Shown: piece by piece, positions 60,495-64,000 of the stretch
Layout of the letters: the number at the start of each line of letters is the position of its first letter
Numbering within the stretch: the first letter of the stretch is position 1
Source: an uncultured Flavobacteriales bacterium
GTDB taxonomy: Bacteria; Bacteroidota; Bacteroidia; Flavobacteriales; BACL11
NCBI GenBank assembly: GCA_905478555.1
Contig: CAJQIZ010000024.1
Location: 8,300 to 72,299 of the forward strand
Reading direction: 5' to 3'
Length of the DNA stretch: 64,000 nucleotides
Position numbers and translations under genes: made by a program
The notes under the pieces: generated by a model
Databases searched by the model: none
Seen by the model: the letters and a program-made list of their open reading frames with translations, nothing else
What the model was told of the DNA's origin: nothing

Positions 60495-61952
60495 ATGAGT
60501 GAAAAGAAACAACAATCGGAAGATAAGTTATTAGAAAAAGTAACTACAACCGAATACAAATATGGATTTACAACTGACATAGAATCAGATACTATTCCAA
60601 AAGGACTTTCAGAAGATGTTGTACGTATTATTTCTGAAAAGAAAAATGAACCACAATGGATGTTAGATTACCGACTAAAAGCATATAACGCTTGGTTAGA
60701 GATGGAAGAGCCAGTATGGGCAAATGTTAGTTATGCAAAACCAAATTATCAAGACGTAATTTATTATTCTGCACCAAAACAAAAACCTGTTTTAGATAGT
60801 TTAGATGATTTGGATCCAGAAATGAAAAAGATGTTTGATAAGCTGGGGATTTCCATTGATGAGCAAAATAAATTGGCAAATGTAGCGGTAGACATTGTTA
60901 TGGATTCTGTTTCAGTAGCTACCTCATTTAAGGAAAAACTTAGAGATTTAGGAATTATTTTTTGCTCTATCTCTGATGCAATTCAAGACCATCCAGAATT
61001 AGTGAAAAAGTATTTAGGAACAGTTGTTCCTGCAAGAGATAATTTTTTCTCAGCACTTAATGCGGCAGTATTTTCTGATGGTTCATTTTGCTATATTCCA
61101 AAAGGAGTAAAATGCCCAATGGAACTTTCTACTTACTTCCGAATTAACGAAGCAGGAACAGGACAATTTGAAAGAACATTATTAATTGCAGATGAAGGAT
61201 CACAAGTAAGTTATTTAGAAGGATGTACTGCTCCAATGAGAGATGAAAATCAATTACATGCTGCAGTAGTAGAACTTATAGCAATGGATGATGCGGATAT
61301 AAAATATTCAACTGTACAAAATTGGTACCCAGGAAATACTGAAGGGGTTGGTGGAGTTTTCAACTTTGTAACTAAAAGAGGAATCTGCTATAAAAACGCT
61401 AAAATTTCTTGGACACAAGTAGAGACTGGATCAGCTGTTACTTGGAAATATCCTTCTTGTATTTTAAAAGGAGATAATTCTATTGGAGAGTTTTTCTCGG
61501 TAGCGGTTACCAATAACATGCAACAAGCCGATACAGGAACTAAAATGATACACCTTGGGAAAAATACTAAGAGTACCATTATTGCAAAAGGTATATCAGC
61601 AGGAAAAAGTAATGGAAACTATAGAGGGTTAGTCAAAATATCAAAAGGAGCAACTAACTCCAGAAACTTTTCGCAATGTGATTCTTTATTAATGGGAGAT
61701 AAATGTGGTTCTCATACCTTCCCGTATATTGAAGTAAAAAATAACTCTTCCAAAGTAGAGCATGAAGCAACAACATCAAAAATTGGAGAGGATCAAATAT
61801 TTTACTGTAACCAAAGAGGGATTGGAACAGAAGCAGCAATTGCACTAATCGTAAATGGTTATTGTAAAGATGTACTGAACCAGTTACCAATGGAATTTGC
61901 AGTAGAAGCACAAAAATTATTAGAAATCAGCCTAGAAGGGTCTGTAGGCTAA
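60495..61952 (+). CDS. sufB: Fe-S cluster assembly protein SufB
   Basis: [23 protein letters not shown]. Confidence 0.97.
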   Translation: MSEKKQQSEDKLLEKVTTTEYKYGFTTDIESDTIPKGLSEDVVRIISEKKNEPQWMLDYRLKAYNAWLEMEEPVWANVSYAKPNYQDVIYYSAPKQKPVLDSLDDLDPEMKKMFDKLGISIDEQNKLANVAVDIVMDSVSVATSFKEKLRDLGIIFCSISDAIQDHPELVKKYLGTVVPARDNFFSALNAAVFSDGSFCYIPKGVKCPMELSTYFRINEAGTGQFERTLLIADEGSQVSYLEGCTAPMRDENQLHAAVVELIAMDDADIKYSTVQNWYPGNTEGVGGVFNFVTKRGICYKNAKISWTQVETGSAVTWKYPSCILKGDNSIGEFFSVAVTNNMQQADTGTKMIHLGKNTKSTIIAKGISAGKSNGNYRGLVKISKGATNSRNFSQCDSLLMGDKCGSHTFPYIEVKNNSSKVEHEATTSKIGEDQIFYCNQRGIGTEAAIALIVNGYCKDVLNQLPMEFAVEAQKLLEISLEGSVG

Positions 61953-61962
61953 AAATACAAAC

Positions 61963-62724
61963 ATGTTAAAGATAAACAATTTAAAAGCAGGAATTGAAGA
62001 CAATCAAATCCTAAGAGGAATAAACCTTGAAATAAAAGCAGGAGAAGTACATGCAATTATGGGACCAAATGGTTCTGGAAAAAGTACACTTGCTTCTGTA
62101 ATTGCAGGAAAAGAAGAGTATGAAGTTGAAGGTGGATCAATAGATTTTGAAGGAGTAGATTTATTAGACTTAACACCTGAAGAAAGAGCTCATAAAGGAG
62201 TGTTTTTATCCTTTCAATATCCTGTAGAGATTCCTGGAATTTCAGTTTCTAACTTTATTAAAACCTCTATTAACGAAAGAAGAAAAGCGGCAGGATTAGA
62301 GTCTATGACAGCTAAGAATTTGTTAAAAATGTTGAAAGAGAAAATGGAACTATTAAGTATTGATAAAGGATATTTATCAAGAAATATGAATGAAGGGTTT
62401 TCAGGAGGAGAAAAGAAAAGAAATGAAATCTTTCAAATGGCAATGTTAGAGCCTAAACTATCTATTTTAGATGAAACTGATTCTGGATTAGATATTGACG
62501 CACTAAGAATTGTTGCTAATGGAGTAAACAAACTTAGAACTAAAGACAATGCAACTATTGTAATTACGCATTACCAAAGATTATTGGATTACATTATCCC
62601 TGACTTTGTACATGTACTTTACAAGGGTAAAATTGTAAAATCTGGAGGAAAAGAATTAGCTTTAGAGCTAGAAGAAAAAGGATACGATTGGATAACTAAA
62701 GAATCAGACAAACAGTGGGCTTAA
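61963..62724 (+). CDS. sufC: Fe-S cluster assembly ATPase SufC
   Basis: GPNGSGKST, FSGGEKKRNE, DETDSGLD. Confidence 0.97.
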   Translation: MLKINNLKAGIEDNQILRGINLEIKAGEVHAIMGPNGSGKSTLASVIAGKEEYEVEGGSIDFEGVDLLDLTPEERAHKGVFLSFQYPVEIPGISVSNFIKTSINERRKAAGLESMTAKNLLKMLKEKMELLSIDKGYLSRNMNEGFSGGEKKRNEIFQMAMLEPKLSILDETDSGLDIDALRIVANGVNKLRTKDNATIVITHYQRLLDYIIPDFVHVLYKGKIVKSGGKELALELEEKGYDWITKESDKQWA

Positions 62725-63935
62725 TAAATAACATAAAATCTTATTCTGAAACGATAAGTTTAAGTACGGAAAAGAAAGGACTATTAAACTCTTTCTTAGA
62801 AAACGGCTTTCCTACTATTAAAGATGAGGATTGGAAGTACACTTCTTTAAAGAGAATTATTTCTGAGGATTTTTCTATTGAAAAAAATGGAAATGATATT
62901 GATGCTTCGGAGATTTCAAAACATTCTTTATCTTTCAAAAATCAATTAATTTTTGTGGATGGGGAACTAATTAGCTCACCTCAAATTAAGGGAGTTACAA
63001 TTAGTGGTTATGCTGATTTTGAGAGTAGAAATAATGATGCAATTATGAATTTAAATGCATCACTTTGTAAAAATGGTTTTAGTATTTCAGTAGCTAAAAA
63101 TACAGTTGTTGAACAGGTGATAGAAATTCTATTTTTTACAACTACTGAGAATAATTTTTCACAATACAGAAACCAAATTATTGTTGGAGAAAACTCTGAA
63201 ATAAAATTTGTTGAGAAAATACAAAACTTAAATAATTCTACATCATTTGTAAATTACTTTACACAGATAAACTGTGATAAGAATACGAATGTAGAGTTTA
63301 ATAAAATTCAGAACAACACTTCAAATTCTATACTAATTGATAATGTAGATGTATATCAAAAAGATAACTCTAATTGTGATGTAAATACTTTAATTTTTGG
63401 AGGTAACTTTACTAGAAACAATCTGAATTTTGAACAAAACGGGAATAATTGCGAAAGTAATATGAATGGAGTTTCTGTTTTAGACGATAATCAATTTGCT
63501 GACAACCATACTTTTGTAGATCATAAAAGTGCGCATTGTAGAAGTAATGAGATGTACAAAGGAGTTTACTTAGGAAAGTCAAAGGGAGTATTTAATGGTA
63601 AGATTATGGTGCGTCCTGATGCACAAAAAATTGATGCCTTTCAATCGAACAATAACCTTTTACTAAGTGAAGATTCTACTATTGACAGTAAACCACAATT
63701 GGAGATTTATGCAGATGATGTGAAGTGTAGTCATGGTTGCACTATCGGACAATTAGATGATGAGGCATTATTTTACATGAGAAGTAGAGGTATTGGAGTG
63801 GAAGAAGCAAAAGCGGTATTAACTTATGCATTTGCATCAGAAGCAATTGATAATATTTCTGTTTCAGAAGTAAGATTAGTAGCTCAAAAATTATTAGCTG
63901 ATAAACTAAATGTTGATTTAGATTTTAGTTTATAA
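62715..63935 (+). CDS. sufD: Fe-S cluster assembly protein SufD
   Basis: FPT..EDWKYT, PQLEIYADDVKCSHG. Confidence 0.95.
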   Translation: MGLINNIKSYSETISLSTEKKGLLNSFLENGFPTIKDEDWKYTSLKRIISEDFSIEKNGNDIDASEISKHSLSFKNQLIFVDGELISSPQIKGVTISGYADFESRNNDAIMNLNASLCKNGFSISVAKNTVVEQVIEILFFTTTENNFSQYRNQIIVGENSEIKFVEKIQNLNNSTSFVNYFTQINCDKNTNVEFNKIQNNTSNSILIDNVDVYQKDNSNCDVNTLIFGGNFTRNNLNFEQNGNNCESNMNGVSVLDDNQFADNHTFVDHKSAHCRSNEMYKGVYLGKSKGVFNGKIMVRPDAQKIDAFQSNNNLLLSEDSTIDSKPQLEIYADDVKCSHGCTIGQLDDEALFYMRSRGIGVEEAKAVLTYAFASEAIDNISVSEVRLVAQKLLADKLNVDLDFSL

Positions 63936-64000
63936 ATGTTAGACATAATCAAAATACGATCCAAATTCCCCATCCTCAGCCGAAAAGTAAACGGACAAGA
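63936..64000 (+). CDS. sufS: cysteine desulfurase SufS, 5' end (partial)
   Basis: MLDIIKIRSKFPILSRKVNG directly after sufD. Confidence 0.8.
   Translation, partial: MLDIIKIRSKFPILSRKVNGQ

Overview
AT-rich Bacteroidota (Flavobacteriales-like) chromosomal window, mostly housekeeping genes: pdxA end, yceD-rpmF-plsX-fabH-accBC, dxs, a T9SS cargo/PorP locus, rpoN, asnS, cysS, class II RNR, purQ/purD, lepA, polA, gmk/nadD, sdhCAB, thiL and the suf operon. The stand-out feature is a 17-bp core identical to a tRNA-Pro 3' end (AATCCTGCTACCCCGAC) present four times, with no complete tRNA-Pro in the window. Two + strand copies bound a 5.5-kb defence island (IntDOT-like tyrosine integrase, Sau3AI-like C5 methylase, BglII/BstYI-family nuclease, DUF262-DUF1524 protein). 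Two - strand copies, about 24 kb away, head tandem integrase-less gene cassettes. Each cassette has core + 45-nt promoter leader + MKKLLL signal peptide + variable passenger + conserved ...YDDGTVEKRI..E tail + conserved spacer. One cassette ends in a 99-bp arm 96/99 identical to the island's right end. This looks like an integron-like system that captures or shuffles secreted-protein genes through tRNA-derived att sites. The repeats are seen directly; mobility is inference and assembly artefact must be excluded.
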